This document shows, piece after piece, positions 1 to 7,280 of a stretch of 52,632 nucleotides of DNA. Both the position numbers and the translations under genes were made by a program. Below the pieces are notes generated by a model. The model did no database searches and was not told the origin of the DNA. It saw nothing but the letters and a program-made list of their open reading frames with translations. The first letter of the stretch is position 1. The number at the start of each line of letters is the position of its first letter. Source of the DNA: a virus (Duplodnaviria; Caudoviricetes); the IMG/VR virus record IMGVR_UViG_3300006162_000018, positions 1-52,632 of that record, one strand, 5' to 3'.

Positions 1-404
1 GCCCCATCGCAGGCCGCGTTGATTCGCGGCCAACATTCGAGATTCACCGAAACGGGCAGCGCCGCCGCTCGCGCGGTCTCAATTACAGCGATAAGCCATC
101 GATCGCGCACCGCATCGCCGACCCGGCTCATCGCCCCCGAGGCTACCAATTTCCCATAGCGCCGGGAAATTGGGTAAACCTCCGCTTCCGGCAATCCATC
201 GAAAAGCGTTACTGTACATTGAGCCAGCCACAACGGCATTAGCGCCGCAGGACACTTGCGTGGATCGTTGATCCCTGGATGAATTGATCCAAGCAAGCAA
301 GCAATCTCTTGCCCTTCATGCCACACTCGTTGCCTTAGCGTGTGCTGCTCGACATGGTACAGAATGTTAGCGCCGGCTTCCGCCGGAGTGATTTCGATGG
401 TCAT
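1..404 (-). CDS. Hypothetical phage protein, partial (runs off left edge)
   Basis: Hand translation from ATG at 404 (MTIEITPAEAGANILYHVEQHTLRQRVWHEG...) is open to base 1; ATGA overlap with stop of the upstream gene. Absent from the ORF track because it has no stop in the window. Confidence 0.7.
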   Translation of the reverse strand, partial: MTIEITPAEAGANILYHVEQHTLRQRVWHEGQEIACLLGSIHPGINDPRKCPAALMPLWLAQCTVTLFDGLPEAEVYPISRRYGKLVASGAMSRVGDAVRDRWLIAVIETARAAALPVSVNLECWPRINAACDG

Positions 405-925
405 TTACCCGATCCCTTTCCTGGCGGCGCGGCTGCCTGTGCCGCCGCAGTCTTCTCCTCGATCAGCGCGACCAAATTATCCACCTTCTGCGCGTGAGTG
501 CGTCCTGGCCGGACATCCCTGCCGTCGCCGCGCATCAAGAATGGGTCGAGGCTCTGTTTAAGCCGCACCGCTTCGGTGGATAGCGACCTAATTCGTTCAA
601 TCGTTTCGCCGATCCAAGGCAATGCGGGGTAATAGTTCGCATAAAGCCCAAACCGGTCGTTCTTAGCTAACCCAAGGACATTGCCATTGCTCGCGTGAAC
701 GCCGGTTACTGTGCATTCGTCGCCGGTCTCGTTGAGAACCTTGATCGCAATCCGTCTGCGCTTTTGCGCCTCGTGTTCGGCGACTGCGGCATCAATTATG
801 GTTTGTGCTTCGAGATATCGATCACACCACGTTTCCACTATTGGCCCCTGAACACGGAACCTCATAGTACTGTCATCATTTATCGTGATCGTGTGCCCAT
901 TATACTCCTTGCTGATCTCAGTCAT
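401..925 (-). CDS. Hypothetical phage protein
   Basis: ORF 401..940; start placed at MTEISK (925), overlapping the stop of the pentapeptide gene (ATGA). Confidence 0.7.
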   Translation of the reverse strand: MTEISKEYNGHTITINDDSTMRFRVQGPIVETWCDRYLEAQTIIDAAVAEHEAQKRRRIAIKVLNETGDECTVTGVHASNGNVLGLAKNDRFGLYANYYPALPWIGETIERIRSLSTEAVRLKQSLDPFLMRGDGRDVRPGRTHAQKVDNLVALIEEKTAAAQAAAPPGKGSGK

Positions 926-1374
926 CGCTTCAACTCCCATCCCCTCAGCTTAGCAACTGTCTCCGCATAATCCAGCGCCGCCAGCACCTCGCGGCGATCG
1001 CCCTTATCGGCCCAATAGGCGCGGCCATCTGCCAGAGACTTGGTGCGGCAACCAATACGCACCCAAATCTCTCCTTCCCAAAGATAGGCGAAAGCCCACC
1101 AGCCATTCGGTTGGCCTAGCGCGATCACTTGTTTGACGCCGCAGAGATCCGCGCCGCCGAGATCCGCGTCGCCGAGGTTCGCGCCGTGGAGATCCGCGTC
1201 GCGGAGATTCACGCCGCGGAGATCCGCGCCGCAGAGATCCGCGCCGCCGAGGTGCGCGCGCTTTCCCTCTCTGGCGCCAGCCAACCACTCGAGGTGCGCC
1301 GCGAGGATTTCTTTAAGCTGTTCTTTGGTCATTAGGTATCGCCCGATATTCGAGGTCGGATCAATCCGTGTCAT
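922..1374 (-). CDS. Pentapeptide-repeat protein
   Basis: A(D/N)Lxx repeats (AHLGG ADLCG ADLRG VNLRD ADLHG ANLGD ADLGG ADLCG) then VRIGC...W domain; GGAGG RBS before ATG 1374. Confidence 0.9.
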   Translation of the reverse strand: MTRIDPTSNIGRYLMTKEQLKEILAAHLEWLAGAREGKRAHLGGADLCGADLRGVNLRDADLHGANLGDADLGGADLCGVKQVIALGQPNGWWAFAYLWEGEIWVRIGCRTKSLADGRAYWADKGDRREVLAALDYAETVAKLRGWELKR

Positions 1375-1399
1375 CGGTTCCTCCGTTGTCTGTGACTGG

Positions 1400-1473
1400 A
1401 ATATATGCGGCGTTGGCGGATATGTCAACAGATAAATCGACACCCTTGCCATTTTTTTTCGAGACGCTATGTT
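1400..1473. promoter_or_regulatory. Back-to-back sigma70-type promoters with shared operator-like core
   Basis: Minus strand TTGACA(1428-1423)-17-TATATT(1405-1400); plus strand TTGCCA(1446-1451)-16-TATGTT(1468-1473), 6 nt before ATG 1480 (leaderless). Confidence 0.75.
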
Positions 1474-1479
1474 AGGCAC

Positions 1480-1692
1480 ATGACCGAGAACGAAATCATC
1501 CGAACCTCACGCGAAGACGCCGGTATCCGGCAGAACGCTCTTGCCGCGCAAATCGGCATCGACAAAAGCACTTGGTCGAAAATAGAGACCGGCGAGCGTA
1601 CGCTCCCCGACGCCTATCTGCCGCTGCTGCCGCGGGAGATTCGCGCCCCGCTGGTCCGCGCCAGGATCGCCGCACTGAAGCTGCTGCTATGA
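1480..1692 (+). CDS. XRE-family helix-turn-helix regulator (Cro-like)
   Basis: IRTSREDAGIRQNALAAQIGIDKSTWSKIETGER is a canonical XRE HTH. Confidence 0.9.
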   Translation: MTENEIIRTSREDAGIRQNALAAQIGIDKSTWSKIETGERTLPDAYLPLLPREIRAPLVRARIAALKLLL

Positions 1693-1821
1693 GCAGATTG
1701 GAGCCGGGCGTCCCGATACCAAAAGCGCTCCCATTTTTTCCTGGTGTGTTCCTTGTGAGTTTCACGATTGTCGCCTGATCGATGATGGCCGTCCTCTCAC
1801 TTTACTCGACCTGGCTGGCTG

Positions 1822-2235
1822 ATGGTCGCCTATAGCTTTAAGGCACGGTTCGCCGAACCGATCCTCGCCGGCTCCAAGGGCGGCACGATCCGTGCGGCTC
1901 GCAAAGTCGCGGCTCGGCGTCTGCCACCAGATCGACCTGGCGGCCATGCACGGCCGGGTGAAATGCTGCAACTCTACGCCGGCATGCGGACCAAGCACTG
2001 CTGGCGTATCGCCGACAAGCGCTGCCTCGATACCGAACGGATTATCCTCAGCTTCGGTGGTAGCCTCATAGGGCTCGCCTCTCGGCCGATCTATCGGTTA
2101 GAGGATTTGGACACTTTCGCGCGCTTCGATGGCTTCGAGTCCTGGCTTGAAATGTGCGCCTTTTGGCATCCCGCAGCCTGCTTCGAGGGCTGGCACATCC
2201 GCTGGCTTCCGCTGCCGGAGGCCGTGCGTGGCTGA
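1822..2235 (+). CDS. ASCH/PUA-like domain protein
   Basis: YSFKARFAEPILAGSKGGTIR...PGEMLQLY...FARFDGF resembles ASCH-like phage proteins. Confidence 0.6.
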   Translation: MVAYSFKARFAEPILAGSKGGTIRAARKVAARRLPPDRPGGHARPGEMLQLYAGMRTKHCWRIADKRCLDTERIILSFGGSLIGLASRPIYRLEDLDTFARFDGFESWLEMCAFWHPAACFEGWHIRWLPLPEAVRG

Positions 2236-2271
2236 CTACCGCACCCTGATCGCCAACCTCGAGAAGCTGCT

Positions 2272-2427
2272 ATGAGCAGATGGGCTATCGCTTCAGAGCG
2301 GGGCGTCCCGATATCGGAAAGCATCGGGCGCTCTTGGCTGTTTTTGCGGATTGTCGCGCACTTCATGGGCAGGTGGAACAACCCCAACGGCTGTCGATAT
2401 CTGGTGGTCCGCGTGCCTGAAAGGGAA
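2272..2427 (+). pseudogene. Small hypothetical gene interrupted by the 2428-4113 element
   Basis: Removing the element and one AAAGGGAA copy rejoins ...VPERE in frame to TPPAGPSR-stop (4122-4148). Confidence 0.5.
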
Positions 2428-4113
2428 GGGATTTATATACTTGACTCCCCTCGACAAGATCGTTGATACGGTTCTCGCGTACCGACCCAAGCCGAAGAGT
2501 AAACCGGCAAAGGCTCGCAAGCGGCGCGCGGCGAAAGCCGCAAAGGCGACGTGATCCGGATCGAGCACGGAGACATGCTAGACATTCTTCCTCGCCTTGC
2601 GGCTGAGGGGATTGTCGCCGACGCGATCGTTACCGATCCTCCTTACGGCCTTGAATTTATGGGCAAGAAGTGGGATGCCCCGCTGAAACTGTGGGAGACG
2701 GGCGCGGGCTTTGGTAAGCCGGGAATTGGTGATCGCAATACGCCCTGGCCGGCCTTTGGCGCTTTCGGCGCAGCTAATCCGACATGCGCAAATTGCGGCG
2801 GACGAGCGCGCGGCGCAAAGAGATGCGGGTGTGCCGAACCTAAATGGAAATCCATCGGCAAGCGTCGCGGCGGCGCTCCGATCCCCGCTGGCGATGCGCC
2901 ATCGCCGATGCAGGCTTATCAGCAATTTTCCGAGAATTGGGCGCGACAAGCGTTCGCCGTGTTGCGACCGGGTGGGTTCATGCTTGTGTTTGGTGGCACG
3001 CGCACCTATCACCGCATGGCCTGCGCGATCGAGGATGCTGGCTTTGAAATCCGCGACGCAATCATGTGGCACTACGGCACGGGATTCCCGAAATCGCTCA
3101 ACGTGTCGAAGGCGATCGACAAGGCGGCCGGAGCCGAGCGCAAAGTCGTGGCGACGGTGCGCTACAAGGGCGGCGGCACCGAGCATATCAACCGCTCGAA
3201 TGCGGCGGTTCACGATTACCGGCCTGACGGCTATCAGAAGGGCGAGAACATCCTGGACGTGACGACTGCCGCAACCCCAGAGGCTGCGGCATGGGAAGGC
3301 TGGGGCACCGCTCTAAAGCCAGCAACCGAGATCATCTGCGTGGCACGCAAGCCGCTCTCCGAGCGCACCGTGGCGGCGAACGTGCTCAAGCACGGCACCG
3401 GGGCGCTCAACATCGACGAGTGCCGGATAGGATACGAAGACGACAAGCCCGACCCGGCTACTAATCCGCTCTATAGGGCGCAGAACGGCTACGCGAACAC
3501 TAGCGCACCCGATACAAACTCGTCGTCCTATACCTTCCGAGCCGACGGTGGCCCCGACCGAAAACCTCAACCTGCAGGCCGATGGCCCGCCAATCTTGCG
3601 CACGACGGCTCGCCCGAGGTCATGGCTTTGTTCCCGGATAGCGCGGGTCAACAAGCCGCCGTCCGCCCCGATAGCGGGACCGGACAGAAAACCAATGGCA
3701 TCTTGGGAAAGTTTGCAACCAACAGCGACCACGAACCGCGTGGCGACACCGGCTCTGCGGCCCGGTTCTTCTATTCGACGAAGGCTGGTGCGGAAGATCG
3801 CTGGGGGTCGAAGCATCCGACCGTCAAGCCGGTCAAGCTGATCGAATGGCTGATTACGCTGGTCACGCGGAAGGGCGGACTGGTGCTCGATTGCTTCGCC
3901 GGCTCGGGTACTGCAGGCGTGGCAGCACTCGCGACCGGGCGAAATGCCATTTTGGTTGAGCAGGACGAAAGCTACGTCGCCGACATCCGCGAGCGCATGG
4001 CGTTTTATCAAGGCGACGGTCGTCACTCACTGGCCTCGAAAAACCGGAACGTCGGGGCGCGCGACAAACCTGGACCGCTCTTGTGATCCGAGGGACTCAT
4101 GTATATAAATCCG
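2428..4113. mobile_element. Non-autonomous IS1595-like element (mobile insertion cassette) carrying a DNA methyltransferase
   Basis: TIRs GGGATTTATATACTTGACTCCC (2428-2449) and GGGACTCATGTATATAAATCCG (4092-4113), 19/22 complementary; identical 8-bp flanks AAAGGGAA at 2420-2427 and 4114-4121; no transposase inside. Confidence 0.85.
2551..4086 (+). CDS. Beta-class N6-adenine/N4-cytosine DNA methyltransferase
   Basis: N-terminal IVTDPPY (motif IV), HPTVKP, C-terminal VLDCFAGSGT (motif I). Confidence 0.93.
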   Translation: MIRIEHGDMLDILPRLAAEGIVADAIVTDPPYGLEFMGKKWDAPLKLWETGAGFGKPGIGDRNTPWPAFGAFGAANPTCANCGGRARGAKRCGCAEPKWKSIGKRRGGAPIPAGDAPSPMQAYQQFSENWARQAFAVLRPGGFMLVFGGTRTYHRMACAIEDAGFEIRDAIMWHYGTGFPKSLNVSKAIDKAAGAERKVVATVRYKGGGTEHINRSNAAVHDYRPDGYQKGENILDVTTAATPEAAAWEGWGTALKPATEIICVARKPLSERTVAANVLKHGTGALNIDECRIGYEDDKPDPATNPLYRAQNGYANTSAPDTNSSSYTFRADGGPDRKPQPAGRWPANLAHDGSPEVMALFPDSAGQQAAVRPDSGTGQKTNGILGKFATNSDHEPRGDTGSAARFFYSTKAGAEDRWGSKHPTVKPVKLIEWLITLVTRKGGLVLDCFAGSGTAGVAALATGRNAILVEQDESYVADIRERMAFYQGDGRHSLASKNRNVGARDKPGPLL

Positions 4114-4388
4114 AAAGGGAAACGCCCCCCGCCGGGCCGAGCCGTTGACGCCGGATCGATCCGATTCGATATGCCTTGCGGTTGTCGAGCACCTTATGCT
4201 TTTGATTACAAACGGATTTAGATTGATTGCGCACCCTGATCCGATTGTACGGCTCCAGGTTGCCAAGCAGGTAAGCCAACACGCGCCAAGCCTGCCCGCT
4301 CAACTCGTGGTCGAAGGACAATCTTAGGACCCAAACCGAGGAGGGTAATTTCGCAAATGAGCACCATAGCGGCGTTTAGAAACGGGAA

Positions 4389-4410
4389 CGCCCGGCCGAA
4401 GCCGGGGCGC
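4389..4410 (-). terminator. Probable intrinsic terminator of the RMF-like gene
   Basis: Minus strand CCCGGC-TTCG-GCCGGG hairpin followed by T-rich tail, 25 nt past the stop. Confidence 0.55.
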
Positions 4411-4434
4411 GCCCATCGTTGAGGCCGGATCGCT

Positions 4435-4911
4435 TTAGCTAATTATCATCGCGCCACCCGTCGAGCGGCGGCCGTCTGTCGCTTTCCAGCCTGATTTCGA
4501 TTTGAAGCCACGACACCAGTCAGCGACCCTCTGCCGCGAGGTTCTGCGCTTGCCCGCGCAGGAATAGGCGAGGAGCGCCGAACCGAACGGCGTCGTCATG
4601 TCTTTCCATACGCCAGCGACGTAACCGGGCGGGTGTAGCGGTCGCGCGACTTCGGTATGCGATTCGCGGTCGGCTTGCGTCCACCCCATGCGCCAGGCTG
4701 CATAGCGCTTCGCCGCAATCGCCATGTAGGGGCATTGCGATTGCGGCTTGCCGGCGAGCCGAGCGGCATAACCGCGATCGTAGGCCGTCTTTGTCGCATT
4801 CCGTTTCGGCTTGGGTGTTTCGATCGGCGACGCCGGCCCGGCGAGATAGATAACCGACTCAGTGTTGCCGGCCCACTTGTCGCGAAGATCGCGCAAACGA
4901 TAATGTGTCAT
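4435..4911 (-). CDS. Ribosome modulation factor (Rmf/CrpP)-like domain protein
   Basis: AYDRGYAARLAGKPQSQCPY...AWRMGW matches the RMF pattern A.xRGYxAxxxGxxxxxCPY...WxxGW; AGGAGG RBS before ATG 4911. Confidence 0.7.
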   Translation of the reverse strand: MTHYRLRDLRDKWAGNTESVIYLAGPASPIETPKPKRNATKTAYDRGYAARLAGKPQSQCPYMAIAAKRYAAWRMGWTQADRESHTEVARPLHPPGYVAGVWKDMTTPFGSALLAYSCAGKRRTSRQRVADWCRGFKSKSGWKATDGRRSTGGAMIIS

Positions 4912-4936
4912 TTGGTTCCTCCTTGCTGACACCCAC

Positions 4937-4993
4937 AACCTAATCGCCGTTGGCAAATCTGTCAACAGATAAATCGACACCGTTGCCATTTTT
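4937..4993 (-). promoter_or_regulatory. Sigma70-type promoter with second copy of the 34-bp core
   Basis: Minus strand TTGACA(4965-4960)-17-TAGGTT(4942-4937); 4960-4993 is 33/34 identical to 1423-1456. Confidence 0.75.
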
Positions 4994-5001
4994 CGATCGA
5001 C

Positions 5002-5048
5002 ATTACAGGCGGTCATTTAGTCGGCTCAGGGCAATGACCCGCGGTCAT
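5002..5048. repeat. Pair of ATGACC-N3-GGTCAT palindromic boxes (copy A)
   Basis: ATTACAGGCGGTCAT (5002-5016) and ATGACCCGCGGTCAT (5034-5048). Confidence 0.6.
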
Positions 5049-5191
5049 AAACGGAAACCGGCCCGCGTGGGGGCGGGCCGGGAAATCCGAAGATTTTTTC
5101 GCTTGACCTGGGGAGGAACCCGGTTCAGCGTGCCGTTGGGTGACAGCGAGGGCAAATTGCCTAACGTTCCAAGCCAGAGTCAAGCGAAAAG

Positions 5192-5470
5192 ATGAGCGGC
5201 CAGGCTTGGCTGATGCTCGCCTTTCCCGGTGACGACGCCGGAAAACACGCGCTACAGGCATTCGTGCCGGCCAAATCGGGCAAATGCTGGTTCCGTACGC
5301 TGTTCACCCGCGAGCAAGCGATTGCCTGCAAGCGCGAGCTGATCGCGGCCGGCATCCGCTACACCTGCAGGAAAGTTGACCGCCCGCAACCCCGATTCGC
5401 GGCGCACCAGGCAAAAAGCCAAGGTGGTGTCGGCGGTCGGCTTAACACGACACCGATTGACTGGAGATGA
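5192..5470 (+). CDS. Hypothetical protein
   Basis: 92-aa ATG ORF coupled (ATGA) to the next ORF. Confidence 0.55.
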   Translation: MSGQAWLMLAFPGDDAGKHALQAFVPAKSGKCWFRTLFTREQAIACKRELIAAGIRYTCRKVDRPQPRFAAHQAKSQGGVGGRLNTTPIDWR

Positions 5471-5769
5471 AATCACGGCGCCCTTTCGGCTCGACCCCTT
5501 GGCTTGCCAAGAGAGCAACCGAACGCGCCACTAATCAGGCGGAGAGACAGCAACGCAACCGTTCGCGACGATTGGCGCGCGAGTTGGATGTTGCGGCTGT
5601 CCTCGCCAAAGCAACGACGCCGAGCCGTAGCGAATCGCGGCTGGTTAAAGCCCCCGAGGGATCGAATAGGCATACGCACACGGGTGATTCCGTAGGCTTA
5701 ATACGATTGCCCGATCCCGCCGTCATCCTTGTGACGGTTGGCAGAATTAAGGCCTACCGAACGGAATAG
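5467..5769 (+). CDS. Hypothetical protein (3' half overlaps the structured region; doubtful)
   Basis: GGAG RBS and ATGA coupling, but no recognisable domain. Confidence 0.35.
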   Translation: MKSRRPFGSTPWLAKRATERATNQAERQQRNRSRRLARELDVAAVLAKATTPSRSESRLVKAPEGSNRHTHTGDSVGLIRLPDPAVILVTVGRIKAYRTE

Positions 5770-6130
5770 CCCGTGAAACCAGGGCTACGTAACCACGCGT
5801 AGTCGCATCGCTGGGGATGGCGCCGTTTGCAGGGCAAGATTCATTGAGCGCTCGAATTGTGCCCGGAGATTAGTGCAGGGCACACCACAACCTATCAGAG
5901 AACCTTCAGCGATGCCGGCTACTCGGGCAGGCCCATAGGGGGGAGGGGCACTGTTACCCCTTGATACCCCAAAGCCAGCGCTTTCTCTGAGCCCGCAAGC
6001 ACAAACCCCGCACCCTCCCCTCAAAAAAAAGACCGCCGAAATGGTCTCGGCAGTGGGCCGGGATGCCTCCGGTGAGGCAGTATCGCCCGGCCCTGCTGCT
6101 GGAATGACTGAGCCTGCCCGTAGCTACGGC
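5624..6130 (+). ncRNA. Candidate large structured non-coding RNA (three nested multi-stem domains)
   Basis: More than ten nested helices found by eye, e.g. CACGGG/CCCGTG, ATTCCG/CGGAAT, GCATCGCTG/CAGCGATGC, CGGGCAGGC/GCCTGCCCG, GGGCCGGG/CCCGGCCC; G-U pairs favour the + strand. Confidence 0.6.
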
Positions 6131-6218
6131 GCGACAACCCGAGAGAACGCTTGACAAAATCAAGCGCATGTGAATTGGTGCGAGCCAGCAACCCGTTGAT
6201 GTAAAACGATACACCGCC

Positions 6219-6641
6219 ATGCCACAAGTCGGAAATCCCAAATGGGTCAAAGGCGTCTCCGGAAATCCCGAAGGGTTGACCAAGCGCATCGTTAACATCG
6301 AATCACTCTGCCGCTTCCAGGCACCCAATGCTGTCAAAGCCCTTACCCGGATAATGACATCAGCTAAGTCGCCGGCTTCCGCCGTCGTCTCTGCTGCGTG
6401 CGCGATCCTCGATCGCGGCTATGGCAAGCCTCGCCAAGATGTGCACCTCACCCAAGGTGACGAGTTCAGCGAACTGTCGGACGATGCACTGCGGGAGCGG
6501 GTGCTTGAGCTGGCGAGGGCGATGGCGGCACTCGACCGGCGCGGGGGGGAAGTAATCGACGGTGTGGCAGTTGAGCAACACCTACTAGATGTTGATGCAA
6601 CCACCAAAATCAGCGGTACAACCAATACCGACCAGAGCTAA
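6219..6641 (+). CDS. terS: Terminase small subunit-like protein
   Basis: KWVKGVSGNPEG and ILDRGYGKP motifs typical of DUF5681-type small terminases; upstream of terL. Confidence 0.7.
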   Translation: MPQVGNPKWVKGVSGNPEGLTKRIVNIESLCRFQAPNAVKALTRIMTSAKSPASAVVSAACAILDRGYGKPRQDVHLTQGDEFSELSDDALRERVLELARAMAALDRRGGEVIDGVAVEQHLLDVDATTKISGTTNTDQS

Positions 6642-6665
6642 GCCATTGATATCGGCTGATGCTGA

Positions 6666-6693
6666 ATGTCGCATATGTCCTATTATGGAAAGT
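6666..6693 (+). other. dif-like XerC/XerD recombination site
   Basis: ATGTCGCATAT-GTCCTA-TTATGGAAAGT has the 11-6-11 layout of dif (E. coli GGTGCGCATAA-TGTATA-TTATGTTAAAT), intergenic. Confidence 0.7.
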
Positions 6694-6749
6694 TGCACTG
6701 CACAACGAACATATAAGGAACGCACGCACAGGTAGTGCCGCGCCGCCCC

Positions 6750-6795
6750 ATTACCGGCGGTCATCTCCTCGTTGCGGGCAATGACCTAGGGCCAT
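6750..6795. repeat. Pair of ATGACC-N3-GGTCAT palindromic boxes (copy B)
   Basis: ATTACCGGCGGTCAT (6750-6764) and ATGACCTAGGGCCAT (6781-6795), same flanks as copy A. Confidence 0.6.
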
Positions 6796-6939
6796 AAACG
6801 GAACCGCTCCCATGTGAACGGTCGAAAGTACCCCTCCGACCCCCCGGCCATCCCTTTGACGTTGACCGTCCGGGGACGGGAGCCTCTCCCCGCTCTCGTG
6901 CGTTCTTTTTGCGGCCAAATTTTTTTGGGAAATCGGCGC

Positions 6940-6967
6940 TTGACACTGGCGGCATCTGCTATATCTT
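6940..6967 (+). promoter_or_regulatory. Sigma70-type promoter, leaderless transcript
   Basis: TTGACA(6940-6945)-16-TATCTT(6962-6967), ATG at 6974. Confidence 0.6.
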
Positions 6968-6973
6968 AGCGGC

Positions 6974-7280
6974 ATGAAGCGGCGCTTAGCGATTGACCTA
7001 TTCTGCGGGCTTGGCGGCTGGGCCGAGGGATTGCTGGCTGAGGGGTGGGACGTGGTTGGGTTCGACGTAGAGCGGCACGAGTACGGCGCGCATCGGTATC
7101 CGGGGCAGTTGGTGTTGCAGGCATCCCACCCGTCTCGGACGTGCAGACATTGCATGGGTCTCAGTTCCGGGATGTTGGGCTGATCGTGGCGAGCCCGCCG
7201 TGTCAGGCGTATTCGTGGATGGCAATGCCGTGGAAGCGGGCGAAGGCGAAGGCCGCTGCGATCCGGGCGGACGAAAGCCA
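6974..7280 (+). pseudogene. C5-cytosine DNA methyltransferase, frameshifted and truncated
   Basis: Motif I IDLFCGLGG in one frame and motif IV IVASPPCQ in another; deleting 7121-7137 rejoins them; later motifs missing. Confidence 0.8.

Noticed and set aside
79-300. 73-aa minus-strand ORF and the many other overlapping GC-rich ORFs in the track
   Set aside because: Shadows of better-supported genes; here the frame starting at 404 is preferred.
1129-1335. 15-bp tandem repeats and AEIRA / RRGS ORFs
   Set aside because: Shadow frames of the pentapeptide-repeat gene; no spacers, so not CRISPR.
2785-2835. CANC...CGC insert in the methyltransferase as an intein or separate domain
   Set aside because: Lies in the variable region after DPPY; no intein motifs.
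5058-5081. CCGGCCCGC/GCGGGCCGG hairpin
   Set aside because: Probably an ordinary terminator or insulator; no gene clearly assigned to it.
5622-5642. GAGCCGTAGC...CGGCT as group II intron domain V
   Set aside because: Too short, at the 5' end of the structure, and no domain VI, 5' GUGCG or reverse transcriptase.
6148-6166. CGCTTGA-N5-TCAAGCG over TTGACA as terS promoter
   Set aside because: No convincing -10 at proper spacing; left uncalled.
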